Shown in pieces: positions 28,182 to 37,800 of a stretch of DNA of 64,000 bases (positions within the stretch are counted from its first letter, which is position 1; every line of letters begins with the position of its first letter). The stretch is taken from positions 128,001 through 192,000 of the forward strand of contig JBBRCZ010000003.1 in assembly GCA_038204425.1 (NCBI GenBank), given 5' to 3'. This stretch comes from Spirochaetia bacterium (GTDB lineage: Bacteria; Spirochaetota; Spirochaetia; DSM-27196; Salinispiraceae). The position numbers were made by a program, and so were the translations under genes. Below the pieces are notes generated by a model that worked only from the letters and a program-made list of their open reading frames with translations, did not search any database and was not told the DNA's origin.

Positions 28182-29408
28182 GTGGTGAATCAGGAGTCTC
28201 AATCTAAATTGATCTTGGTGGTCAATTGTGGCAGTTCCTCGCTAAAATATGAAGTCTTCTTTATGCCACTTGGTACCAGCCTCGGCAAGGGTATGGTAGA
28301 ACGAATAGGCATGCCTATTGGTAATCTTGACCAAAGCTCACCAAAGGGCAACTACCATCGTGACGCAGTTATTGAAGACCACACCACCGCTATGGATTTG
28401 ATGATACAAGCCTTGATAGACCCAGACATGGGGATTGTTTCTTCGCTAGAAAAAATAAGTGGCGTAGGTCACCGCGTAGTGCATGGTGGCGAAAAGTACG
28501 CCACGTCAGTAGTGATTGATGAACAAGTAATTAATGCTATACAAGAATGTATAGAGCTCGCACCACTACATAATCCCGCTAACCTAATTGGTATTCGGGA
28601 GTCGATCAGGCTTTTTCCTAAAGCAAGCCAGGTTGCGGTGTTTGATACATCGTTTCATCAGACTATCCCACCAGCGGCCTATCTCTATGGATTGCCGCGA
28701 GAACTATACGAAAAGTATAGGATTAGAAAATATGGTTTCCATGGTACCAGTCACCGCTTCGTTTATAAAGAAGCCGTTTCGTACATGAAACGCAGTGATG
28801 AAAATACCAATATTATTTCGTGTCACCTCGGAAATGGGGCAAGTTTGACTGCCATAGAAGCTGGCAAATCCATCGATACGTCGATGGGTTTTACCCCATT
28901 AGAAGGCTTAGTTATGGGTACGCGTTGTGGTGACATAGACCCTCAAATTGTTATTTTCCTGCTTGAACACGGCTATACCCATGAACAATTGAACACTATG
29001 CTCAACAAAAAATCCGGCCTATTGGGCATGACCGGTATTTCCAGTGATATGCGTGATGTCTACAAAGCTTCAATAGAAGGAAATCAAATTGCAAGTGATG
29101 CTCTGGATGTCTATGCTCGCCGGGTTAGGCGCTACATTGGGGCCTACATGGCAGAATTGGTAAAGGTCGACGCATTAGTTTTTACTGGTGGCATCGGGCA
29201 GTGGGCTTTTCACATGCGTGAACGAATTTGTAGTCGCCTTGAAAACTTAGGTATCTTTATGGACTACGAAAAAAATCGCAGCAACGGCCCCTCGATGGGG
29301 GTAGTGAGTACACCCTACTCGCCAGTTACTATTTTGGTAGTGCCTACCAATGAAGAACTGCAAATAGCGACTGACACGCAAAACTTGCTCAATGATAAGG
29401 TGATCTAG
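28182..29408 (+). CDS. ackA: Acetate kinase
   Basis: NCGSSSLK, GHRVVHGG, APLHNP, YGFHGTSH, HLGNGAS, PTNEE. Confidence 0.96.
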   Translation: MVNQESQSKLILVVNCGSSSLKYEVFFMPLGTSLGKGMVERIGMPIGNLDQSSPKGNYHRDAVIEDHTTAMDLMIQALIDPDMGIVSSLEKISGVGHRVVHGGEKYATSVVIDEQVINAIQECIELAPLHNPANLIGIRESIRLFPKASQVAVFDTSFHQTIPPAAYLYGLPRELYEKYRIRKYGFHGTSHRFVYKEAVSYMKRSDENTNIISCHLGNGASLTAIEAGKSIDTSMGFTPLEGLVMGTRCGDIDPQIVIFLLEHGYTHEQLNTMLNKKSGLLGMTGISSDMRDVYKASIEGNQIASDALDVYARRVRRYIGAYMAELVKVDALVFTGGIGQWAFHMRERICSRLENLGIFMDYEKNRSNGPSMGVVSTPYSPVTILVVPTNEELQIATDTQNLLNDKVI

Positions 29409-29411
29409 TCT

Positions 29412-31115
29412 TTGATTCCACCCTTGGTCACTTTTAGCATTCTTTGGCAATCTCGGACCTGCCCATACTTGCTTAAGCAATACCTGCGCTCGGGTGCGCC
29501 AAGTTCCAGCAAGTCTACAACACTTGGGAGCTTGGCAGGCATTTTTGAACAGGTTCGACTAAATTTACTCGGCGCAAGCAATAGCCAATCAGCCGAGGAA
29601 CTATTTGCCGAAGATCGATTTTTGAACTTTCAAAAAAGCCAAGTTATGGATCTTGCCAAGCAGTGTTTTTTGCAAGTAAGCATCATAGAATCTCAAACGT
29701 TATTTGCGATGGAAGGTGAGACGCTGCGTGAACTGGGATGGCTTTCGGCTAAGACCGATGGAAAACTACGAACAAAGAAAGCCTTAGTTTTGCATAAAGA
29801 CAATTGGCAGAGCGAACTAGAAGGCCTTCCTGGATTGGAATCAGCTACGTTTGTTTGGAAAAATCTATGCGCCCAGGTAGACTTTCTCTTTGTCATGCCT
29901 GATGGAAAGTTTGTCGTGCTAATGGTGAGCGCGAGTCCAAGAATCAAAGAATCACTTATTCAAGAAGCAGATTTTGCCCGTTATGTGCTCGAGAACTCTG
30001 GTATGGAAGTCGCACAGGTCTGGTTGCTTCATCCTAATGAATCCTACACTCGACCAAGCGGCCAAGGTCAGATTGACAATGGACAGTTCTTTTCGCTAAG
30101 TCCGCTGGGGCAAAAGCTCAAACATTTGAGCACAAGCGTGAGTTCGCAGCTTCCAACAATCTTTGCCAAGGCACTTGAAGCAGAGCCTTGTGACAGTAAA
30201 CAAGAATGCTTGTTTTGTACTTCGCAAGCCAAAGCCGTTAGCCCGGATAGTGTTCACACGCTACATAGGCCTGGCCAGCTGATTGAACTATTGGAGCAAG
30301 AGGGTGTTCACACTTTGGCAGAAACACAAACGGCATCGCTAAAGACGCGTTCCCAACTAAAAGAACGCCACCTAATTCAAATCCGAGCCCATCTGCAGCA
30401 AGAAGTTATTGTAGACAAAGTTGCACTTGCAGCATTCCTTGGCAGCCTTAGCAGCCCGTACTCGTTCTTGGATTTTGAAAGTACCTGTGAAGCTGTTCCT
30501 CCATTAGATCTGGCCAGAGTCTGGGAGCACTTGCCGTTTTTATTCAGTACCCACCAACTTTTGGGGCACACCTTGCAAAGCATTGCCTCCTGCACCAACG
30601 TCTTTGATCTAGACGATGATCTACTTCACCATAGCTATCTGATAGACCCCGGCGCAGATCGTCAACAGGGCGAACGGTGCTTGATAGAGGCTTTGCTAAA
30701 AGAGCTGCCAGCGCAAGGAAGCATTTTGGCCTACGGTGCGGCTTTTGAACGAAATGTTTTGCATCGACTTGCCCAGCGCCATCCAGATTTAAAACACCAA
30801 ATCACGCACGTTGCAGGGCGGATTGTAGACCTTCAAATTCCATTTGCCAATTTTTGGTTTTACCATCCTGGGCAAATGGGTAGGCTTAGTCTCAAAAAAA
30901 TCTTACCCTTAATTGGTGGCCGTAATCACAGTGCACTAGCCATTAGATCTGGTGGCGATGCCAACCAGCGCTACTATGAACTGTGCCACCCGGCCTTGGG
31001 CGGCATTAAATCTCGCGCTGAACAAGACCAGATAAGCAGAGACTTAACCTTGTACTGCACCATGGACACCCAAGGTCTGGTGACGGTCTTACATACCTTG
31101 ATTAGCCAACTATAG
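29412..31115 (+). CDS. DUF2779-domain protein (Cas4/RecB-like N-half, RNase H-like C-half)
   Basis: FLDFEST, LPFLFSTH, YGAAFERNVL, RIVDL..PF, SLKKILP, YCTMDT. Confidence 0.75.
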   Translation: MIPPLVTFSILWQSRTCPYLLKQYLRSGAPSSSKSTTLGSLAGIFEQVRLNLLGASNSQSAEELFAEDRFLNFQKSQVMDLAKQCFLQVSIIESQTLFAMEGETLRELGWLSAKTDGKLRTKKALVLHKDNWQSELEGLPGLESATFVWKNLCAQVDFLFVMPDGKFVVLMVSASPRIKESLIQEADFARYVLENSGMEVAQVWLLHPNESYTRPSGQGQIDNGQFFSLSPLGQKLKHLSTSVSSQLPTIFAKALEAEPCDSKQECLFCTSQAKAVSPDSVHTLHRPGQLIELLEQEGVHTLAETQTASLKTRSQLKERHLIQIRAHLQQEVIVDKVALAAFLGSLSSPYSFLDFESTCEAVPPLDLARVWEHLPFLFSTHQLLGHTLQSIASCTNVFDLDDDLLHHSYLIDPGADRQQGERCLIEALLKELPAQGSILAYGAAFERNVLHRLAQRHPDLKHQITHVAGRIVDLQIPFANFWFYHPGQMGRLSLKKILPLIGGRNHSALAIRSGGDANQRYYELCHPALGGIKSRAEQDQISRDLTLYCTMDTQGLVTVLHTLISQL

Positions 31116-31191
31116 TGGGGCAAAAGTCCTCTATCTGTATTAGACTTGAGTAGAGCACAAAGACTCTAATGGAATGCTCAAGGAGAATTGC

Positions 31192-31434
31192 ATGTCCGAA
31201 CAAAGCCTAGAAACTATCTATGAAGCCGACAGCCAGATAGAAGCATCGGTAATTGAAAACCTACTTAGTACTAATGGTATTGCTTGCACCATCCGCAATG
31301 TTGGATTGCCGGGAGTTTTTGGAAGCAGCGCTGGAAAAAATCCCCTAGCAGAGTTGTACCAAGTCTTGGTAAAATCGACACAACTTGAACTAGCAGAACA
31401 GACCATTTTAGACTACCAATCGCCTGACGAGTAA
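31192..31434 (+). CDS. DUF2007-like small putative signal-transducing protein
   Basis: IEASVIENLLSTNGIAC...VLVKSTQLELAEQTI; AAGGAG SD. Confidence 0.7.
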   Translation: MSEQSLETIYEADSQIEASVIENLLSTNGIACTIRNVGLPGVFGSSAGKNPLAELYQVLVKSTQLELAEQTILDYQSPDE

Positions 31435-31457
31435 CGACTAAAAGAACCAATACAAGA

Positions 31458-31495
31458 GCCGTGAAGAGCAAAAATCTCATCACGGCCTTTTTTTT
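31458..31495 (+). terminator. Intrinsic terminator
   Basis: GCCGTGA...TCACGGC stem followed by T8. Confidence 0.7.
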
Positions 31496-31498
31496 ACT

Positions 31499-34400
31499 TT
31501 ATTCAGATAAGAAGTAATCCTTGTCGTAACCAAGGTCTCTTGAGTGTGGGTAGCGGCGCAGCAAAACACTAAAGTACTTACGAGCTTCATCGGGACGTTT
31601 GGTTTTCTTATAGTAATCACCCATTATTCGATAAGCATCGTAGGTTTGGCGGTTATCGTATTTTTCTAAATAGGCTTTGGTCGCATATGGTTTTACTAAC
31701 TCCATCGCCTCAATCCAGCTACTTTGTTCAGGCATATTGTTGAGCAGCCTTGCTCGTTCTATATCAATGTACATCTTGCCGGGGCCTGTTAATGACATGG
31801 CCAAAAACGTCCCCGTCGCGATTACAAAAACCACAACTGCCACAATAAAGACGGGTCTAAAGTGTTTAAACTCCAAAGCCGCTATGCGCTTCCTAAAGAT
31901 GATTACCGGTATCATTAGCAGTGTCAGAATCAGGCCAATATATTCATCAGCACTGCGTTGGTAAACCAATTCAACATCTGCCTGTTCTGGATAAATCAAC
32001 ATAAAACCTGGCGCCACTGGATAGAGCTTCTCGCCGTTTTTGGACTTCCAACTTGGCGCAAAAGAAATCTTGATAATATGAGGTTTGCCAACTTGCGTGG
32101 TTTTAAACGTCACCAAGTGATCGCCTACAGATTCGTTGCTAACTTGTGCCAGAGTATGTGTTTGAGCATAGGACCGCCATTCGTCGCTGCGGAAGAAGCG
32201 TTGATGAATATCATCGTAACTTCCAAAGTTGCTAGCTACTTTCTGTTTTAACAAGTCATCGCTAAAGGACTCGGGCACAAAAGGACGTGCCACTAGTTCA
32301 TAGTCTCTATAGAAGCGGTAGAAATCAGTCTTAAATCCACCCGCAGAGTCTTTGACTATCGACAAAGCATCGCTGGGCAAAATGTCTATATAGGAGCTCT
32401 TAAAGCCCTTAAATTCAAAGACATGAAACTTGCCCCATGCTCCAAACAGCTGAAAGTCGGGGTGATTGCGAAAGTGTTCAAGAATACCATCAGAGTAGGC
32501 AATTATAAAACGGGCATTGGCTTGCGTAAAGCGAAGTGGCCAGGTTGGCGGATCAACTTTTGAATAGAGTCGATGGGCCTCTGGGTCAACTGGACTTGGT
32601 GAGTAGGTGCTCTGTAGATAAGTTGTCTGACGTGACATAAAACTAGACCCATAATGTATGCCTTCCATAGAAGGTCGACCCGTAAAGTGGAAGAGGTTTT
32701 CAAAACCGCGCTCGGAACCAAAGTCGGCGTTATCGGCTTGTGGTTGTTTTTCCCACAAAATTCTTCCGTCATTAATGTTTCCTCGCACCGCATCTGACAT
32801 TGCCGTGAGGTTGTTCCATTCTCGTTTGTCTTCGTAACCTGTATAGTTCCAGCGGAACCAGCCAGGGGCATTTACGCCAATTAAAGGTATAAGCACAAGT
32901 GCTATTATCAAAAATACTAGTACTGCTAGCGGACGTACCACGCCCTGCTTAAATTTTTTCATGGCCAAAAAGTTTGACTCCATAAAAATCATGTAAGCAA
33001 AGATTGAGACAATCAGTGCAGCAGGTACAAAGCGAATGCCCGGAATCTCCAGTACCGTCGCTGCGAGAAACATAAAGGCGCAGGCCGCCATCGCATAAAG
33101 AATGTACGCCCCCTGATAAGCAAAGCGATTGGGACTTCCATCTGCAAGTAAAGCGTTTTTGCTGCGCCTGTTCTGAAATATTATGGCAATTGCTGCTATG
33201 CTTGCCCCAACCCAAACGGGCATCAACATGGTGCCAGCGGCCTCGGCAAAGCTATTAAAGTGCCAAATCATAGAAATACTTTGGGCCCACTTCCGCGTCA
33301 GTACCATTGGCACAATCCAAAAACCCATCATAAGTACGCCAACCAGGTAAGTAAAGGGAATCTGTAGAACCAGTGCTTGGGGACGGGCTTCTAGCAGTGC
33401 CAACGCCGGCAGCCTGGCCTTTTTTTCCTTAGCAAAAAAATGTCGTGATCTAAACGCAAAAAAGAATGGCAAAAAGAAGGCCACCATCAAGACAAATATA
33501 TGAGATAGGCCAATTATGCCCAGCAGCACGCCAGACTTTAGCGACCAGGTTCGGCTGTGGTGATCCTTCCAAACTGAAGCAATAAAAAGTGGCAAGAAAG
33601 CAATGGCCCAAGAGTAACAGAACTCACCAGCGAAGGTCGACAAGAGATTGCCGCCAAACATGGTGTAGCTCTCGTTAAATAGGAACAGTAAGCTTAAACT
33701 GCTGCCAGCAAGTGCCGTCCAGTGATTCTTGCTCATCGACTTAACAGCAAAGAACGTTGTTAGGGGCAGGGCAAAGATCCCAAGAAAGGTGGCAATCTTG
33801 AGGGCCACAGTAAGCGGCATTACGTAGCCAAGTAAGGCGGGAAGCAAAAAAGGTAGAACGAAGTAATGCTGACCTTCGAGGTAGCCAAAAAAGTTTGAGT
33901 GGCTGTAGCCAAAAAGTCTTAGGTTGGGCAAAAACTCCTCTTTTAGTGCTTGGAGTGGTTGATACCAAGAGGCCGTGTCTCCACCCGTAACTATAGTATC
34001 TGTAAAGAGAAGTGGGAGTTCAAAGCGAGACAACATAAAGAAATAGATCACAAAAAGGCCAACTAAGGAACTCAAGACAACAAAAGATTTTTTCTTTACC
34101 AAGCGATTAAGACTGAGTAACTTGTTGTGCCTTAGAAAAAGTTTGGTTTCTTTGCTTCGATTGACAACAATCAGGATTGCAAGTGGGTAGGCAATTGCCA
34201 GAGCCAATAAAAACGTTATGCCAAGGATTTTGATTAAGGCGTGAATAACTGCTATTGTTGCGACGGTAATAGCTTGTGAACTGTCTACCGCGCTAGCGCT
34301 CTTGTCAAAAAGCCCAACAATTGCCGAACTTGCCTCGCGGGTAAACTGGGCAAAGCCGCCACTTAGCATTTGCGAGATGGTATCGTTAAAGCCATTTAGG

Positions 34401-34750
34401 TTGCTCACATACCAGGTAACAACGCCAAGCACCGCGACATGCATCATTAAGACAGCGCCCCATTGGGTAGTTGCAACGCCGATTCGCTTAGATCGCAGCA
34501 AAAATAAGCCAGAAACCAGCAAATAAATTGGTACGAGCACCAATACCAAGGAAGAAACAGCAGTTTGCGTAGAAAAGATAAAGCTGTTGCTAGGAAGTGT
34601 CAAAAAACTTGGAATCAGTAGGCCAAGTCCGTATATCCCCGGTATTAGGCCTATCAAACCCACCAAAAGGTTGAAAAGGCCCAAACGGCTTAAGTGAGAA
34701 GGGACTTCAAAAGATCTATTGCTTAGCGTTGCTTCACTCGGGTTTGACAT
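31499..34750 (-). CDS. Large polytopic membrane protein, PTPS-related/YfhO-like (GT-C glycosyltransferase-like) with C-terminal TPR
   Basis: TGGDTASW after the early TMs, GGNLLSTFAGEF, WFRWNYTGYE, KISFAPSWK; many TMs; AAGGAG SD. Confidence 0.65.
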   Translation of the reverse strand: MSNPSEATLSNRSFEVPSHLSRLGLFNLLVGLIGLIPGIYGLGLLIPSFLTLPSNSFIFSTQTAVSSLVLVLVPIYLLVSGLFLLRSKRIGVATTQWGAVLMMHVAVLGVVTWYVSNLNGFNDTISQMLSGGFAQFTREASSAIVGLFDKSASAVDSSQAITVATIAVIHALIKILGITFLLALAIAYPLAILIVVNRSKETKLFLRHNKLLSLNRLVKKKSFVVLSSLVGLFVIYFFMLSRFELPLLFTDTIVTGGDTASWYQPLQALKEEFLPNLRLFGYSHSNFFGYLEGQHYFVLPFLLPALLGYVMPLTVALKIATFLGIFALPLTTFFAVKSMSKNHWTALAGSSLSLLFLFNESYTMFGGNLLSTFAGEFCYSWAIAFLPLFIASVWKDHHSRTWSLKSGVLLGIIGLSHIFVLMVAFFLPFFFAFRSRHFFAKEKKARLPALALLEARPQALVLQIPFTYLVGVLMMGFWIVPMVLTRKWAQSISMIWHFNSFAEAAGTMLMPVWVGASIAAIAIIFQNRRSKNALLADGSPNRFAYQGAYILYAMAACAFMFLAATVLEIPGIRFVPAALIVSIFAYMIFMESNFLAMKKFKQGVVRPLAVLVFLIIALVLIPLIGVNAPGWFRWNYTGYEDKREWNNLTAMSDAVRGNINDGRILWEKQPQADNADFGSERGFENLFHFTGRPSMEGIHYGSSFMSRQTTYLQSTYSPSPVDPEAHRLYSKVDPPTWPLRFTQANARFIIAYSDGILEHFRNHPDFQLFGAWGKFHVFEFKGFKSSYIDILPSDALSIVKDSAGGFKTDFYRFYRDYELVARPFVPESFSDDLLKQKVASNFGSYDDIHQRFFRSDEWRSYAQTHTLAQVSNESVGDHLVTFKTTQVGKPHIIKISFAPSWKSKNGEKLYPVAPGFMLIYPEQADVELVYQRSADEYIGLILTLLMIPVIIFRKRIAALEFKHFRPVFIVAVVVFVIATGTFLAMSLTGPGKMYIDIERARLLNNMPEQSSWIEAMELVKPYATKAYLEKYDNRQTYDAYRIMGDYYKKTKRPDEARKYFSVLLRRYPHSRDLGYDKDYFLSE

Positions 34751-34925
34751 ACAGCTGCTCCTTAATTATCTCTGGTTTAGCTTATAGCTCGTGATTAGGT
34801 TATAACACGGAATTTCTTCAAAGTCACCACGATATTCGAGCGTCTTGCTTTACAATTAGTCCTTGCTTGTCAACTTTCTTTTCTTATTCTGGCAGAACCA
34901 AAGTCGCTCAGACTATACTTATCTG

Positions 34926-36161
34926 GTGAGCAACTTTGACATGATTCATGAAGCCGCATTCTTGATGCCAGGTTTTGATTGTCTGCCGGTACCAATTGTG
35001 CTTCTTGACGACAACTTAATGGTGATTTACCACAACCCAGCCGCCCAACGAGCATTAGCACGACCTTTTAGACCAGGGCACGCACTTGGTGAGCGAATGC
35101 TAGAACAAGCTCTCGCGACTACGCTCTATCAAGCCTTATCTGGCCTGAGTGAGAACGATAGATTAGAAAAAGATCTTAAGTTTAAAAATGATGATGGACC
35201 GGCTGTCAGCGGTATAGTGGTTGCAAGTCGACTGGTTGCTCATTTGGGGGAGCACCGATCGAGCTTTCTTATCGTTTATACGGATATAACCAATCGATCT
35301 GCCATGGAAAATATCATGGAGTCTAGTTTTGACAACTTTATTCAAACGACCATAAATTTGGATGACGCACTTAAACGCATTAAGATGCAACGAACCGTTT
35401 TGTCGCGTTTTAAGCAAAGGATTACCAAAGAACTCGATGTAGCGAGAACGGTGCAAAAAAGTATCATCGCCAGTCATTTTCCCACTAGTTTGGCTTTTGA
35501 AAGCTTTGGAACCAATAGGCCGAGTGAAGAAATTGGCGGCGACTACCTCGATGTAATCCAACTCGATAGTCATCATATGGGATTTATAGTTGCTGACGTC
35601 TCAGGCCATGGAGTTGCTCCGGCCTTGGTAACGACGATTCTTAGAGCTTGGGTGCATGATCTTTTTCCAAAGCACCAACATTTGGGCAGTTTTTTTTCCG
35701 TTCTCAACAAACTTGTCTATGATACCTTTAATACAACAGGGTTTTACTTGACCGCTTTTGGCATGATTTTGAACACCACCAGTGGCGAAATGGAGCTTTG
35801 TTCGGCAGGGCACGATGCAGTAATTCGGGTGCGAGAAATGGACTGCACCGACTTGGGAACCAAATCCGGTGGGCGAGTTATCGGTGCCCTTGAAGACAGT
35901 AGTTTTACTTCACAGATGGTGCAACTTGTTCCTGGGGATCTCATTGTTTGCCATACTGACGGTATTAGTGAGGCACGGACAAAAGATGGCGCGTTTTATG
36001 GGCGCGAACGTATGGCTGATTTTATTCGTTCCAAACGGACGCACACTTTAAAAGAAATTGTAACCGAATTATTGGCCGATGTAGATAGCTTTTCAATGGG
36101 TGAGAAGGCCCACGATGATCAGACGGTTCTTTTGATCCGGTGGAAAACCAGTCTCGATTAA
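34926..36161 (+). CDS. PAS-domain SpoIIE/PP2C-type Ser/Thr phosphatase (RsbU-like)
   Basis: GGDYLD, VADVSGHG, HTDGISE, HDDQT; PAS-like N-terminus (IYHNPAAQ...YTDIT); start uncertain (34926/34941). Confidence 0.88.
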   Translation: MSNFDMIHEAAFLMPGFDCLPVPIVLLDDNLMVIYHNPAAQRALARPFRPGHALGERMLEQALATTLYQALSGLSENDRLEKDLKFKNDDGPAVSGIVVASRLVAHLGEHRSSFLIVYTDITNRSAMENIMESSFDNFIQTTINLDDALKRIKMQRTVLSRFKQRITKELDVARTVQKSIIASHFPTSLAFESFGTNRPSEEIGGDYLDVIQLDSHHMGFIVADVSGHGVAPALVTTILRAWVHDLFPKHQHLGSFFSVLNKLVYDTFNTTGFYLTAFGMILNTTSGEMELCSAGHDAVIRVREMDCTDLGTKSGGRVIGALEDSSFTSQMVQLVPGDLIVCHTDGISEARTKDGAFYGRERMADFIRSKRTHTLKEIVTELLADVDSFSMGEKAHDDQTVLLIRWKTSLD

Positions 36162-36178
36162 ACTAATCTCGCGTTTTC

Positions 36179-36781
36179 TTAAATGCTTAGACCTGACCAA
36201 AAAGGGTGCTGCCACAGCAATGACGAAAAAATAGAAATTGCTCCACGGGTAAAAAACATAGTAACTTGATGAATAAAGACCGATAGTGGGCTGTTGACTG
36301 GTGTTCTTTGGTAGCCGCCGGTTACAAAGGCTACATGGTGGGGTAACAATGTTTTGAACATCTGCAGTCGGTTTTCTATAGTAAGGCTATCATCTTTATT
36401 ATAGAGATCAAGCGGGGTAAACAAACCGGAGCTTACTATAGCGTAGTAGAATATGTTGCGGTACTCTGGAAATTCCTTGGGAAATTCCTCAAGCCATTCG
36501 GCGGAATCAGTAAGATCGCCTTGAGAACTGGTACCATAAACTGGCAAAAAGCCTTCTTTTTTAACATGTTTTTCCCAAAACTTATCGAGTTTGAGCCATT
36601 GTTCACGTTCTTCACCAATCAAAAAAGTCTTTCTTGCGGCTTCTCTCCAATCGTACATTGCCATTTGATGGTAGGTGGCCGAGATCATAATCATGCCTTT
36701 TAATATGCCGAGTATCAGATACGCCAAGACCACTATCTTCAATATTAAATGTAAGGCCTGCTTCATTTTCTCTGTTGGCAT
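36179..36781 (-). CDS. Hypothetical membrane-anchored protein
   Basis: Open ~200-aa ORF with N-terminal TM; AGAGG SD before ATG 36781; no recognised motif. Confidence 0.6.
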   Translation of the reverse strand: MPTEKMKQALHLILKIVVLAYLILGILKGMIMISATYHQMAMYDWREAARKTFLIGEEREQWLKLDKFWEKHVKKEGFLPVYGTSSQGDLTDSAEWLEEFPKEFPEYRNIFYYAIVSSGLFTPLDLYNKDDSLTIENRLQMFKTLLPHHVAFVTGGYQRTPVNSPLSVFIHQVTMFFTRGAISIFSSLLWQHPFWSGLSI

Positions 36782-36974
36782 CAAAAAACCTCTTCGCTCA
36801 AACACTAATGGGAACTTTGGTAAAGTATCAAAGGCTTGCTTGGCGTGCAAGACTGTTAGCTCAAGCTCGATGCTATTATGCCTGTACTATCGCCCAAATG
36901 GCAACCATGCTGACTTGCTTGCCTTGTTATTGTCTCATGCAATAATAGCTTACAAAATTAGTAACAAAATAGTT

Positions 36975-37003
36975 TTGACATTGGGCAGGACTGGCTTTAT
37001 GGT
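36975..37003 (+). promoter_or_regulatory. sigma70-type promoter
   Basis: TTGACA-N17-TATGGT upstream of the FecR-domain gene. Confidence 0.6.
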
Positions 37004-37022
37004 TAATTTATGGAGATTTAAG

Positions 37023-37712
37023 ATGAAAAAAATATCAAGCTTAGTTTGCTTCGCTTTGGTTTTGCTATCCTTGGCGCTACTGATGTCACAAAGTCCTCAG
37101 AATAGTAGCCAACGAGCCGCCACAAGCACGAGCGTCAAGGCCGATTTTAGATTGATTTTGGTCTACGCGGACGATGAGGATCAACTCCAGGTTATCGACA
37201 AAAGTGGCAAGGCGAACAAAATCAGAATTGGTGAGGAACTTATGCAAGGTAGTACCATTGTGAGTCAAAAGACAGCAGCTGAACTTGAGCTTAAGGCTAC
37301 GGGAACCTTGCTTAGAATTAACGCTAATTCTCGCATGCGTTTTGACCAATTGCCAAAAAAATCAGGTGAACAAACGCTGATAGGACTGCTGGTCGGAAAA
37401 ATTAGAATAGCCGCAGCCAAATCAACTAACAGCGATCCGTCACTCAAAATAGTGACACCGACCGCTGCAGCTGGTGTGCGAGGAACCGACTTTGTCATGA
37501 TGGTCAATCCTGGCTTAAAGGATTGGATTTGTGTACAAGAAGGATTGGTACAGTTTACTAAGTTAGCAACTTCTAAGACAGTCGACGTTGGGCCAGGATT
37601 ATTTGCAGAAACCTACGATGCAGTATTTGAAGCCAAACCAGCCGGTGCCGAACGTCTTGCCAAAATTTTTGGCGATGTAGTATTTAGTTCTCGGAAAGCT
37701 ATCATTCAGTAG
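37023..37712 (+). CDS. Exported FecR-domain protein
   Basis: Signal peptide MKKISSLVCF...; LRINANS, TPTAAAGVRGTDF, VQEGLV; GGAG SD. Confidence 0.82.
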   Translation: MKKISSLVCFALVLLSLALLMSQSPQNSSQRAATSTSVKADFRLILVYADDEDQLQVIDKSGKANKIRIGEELMQGSTIVSQKTAAELELKATGTLLRINANSRMRFDQLPKKSGEQTLIGLLVGKIRIAAAKSTNSDPSLKIVTPTAAAGVRGTDFVMMVNPGLKDWICVQEGLVQFTKLATSKTVDVGPGLFAETYDAVFEAKPAGAERLAKIFGDVVFSSRKAIIQ

Positions 37713-37800
37713 GTTTAAGAGCTTGCTTGCGAAAGCAAGTTGCTTGTGAGATACTTTGCTTGCTCAGAAATCTTGACCTTATTAGGAAATGTTAGACTAA

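Noticed and set aside
29412..31500. CRISPR-Cas locus suggested by the Cas4-like protein
   Set aside because: No repeat-spacer array and no other cas genes in the window
36675..37022. Extension of the FecR ORF overlapping the opposite-strand gene
   Set aside because: Promoter, SD and signal peptide all point to ATG 37023
37721..37762. Clustered TTGCTTG/CAAGCAA short repeats (also near 36836 and 60068)
   Set aside because: Short, irregular, and similar words are common in coding sequence; no consistent REP-like unit
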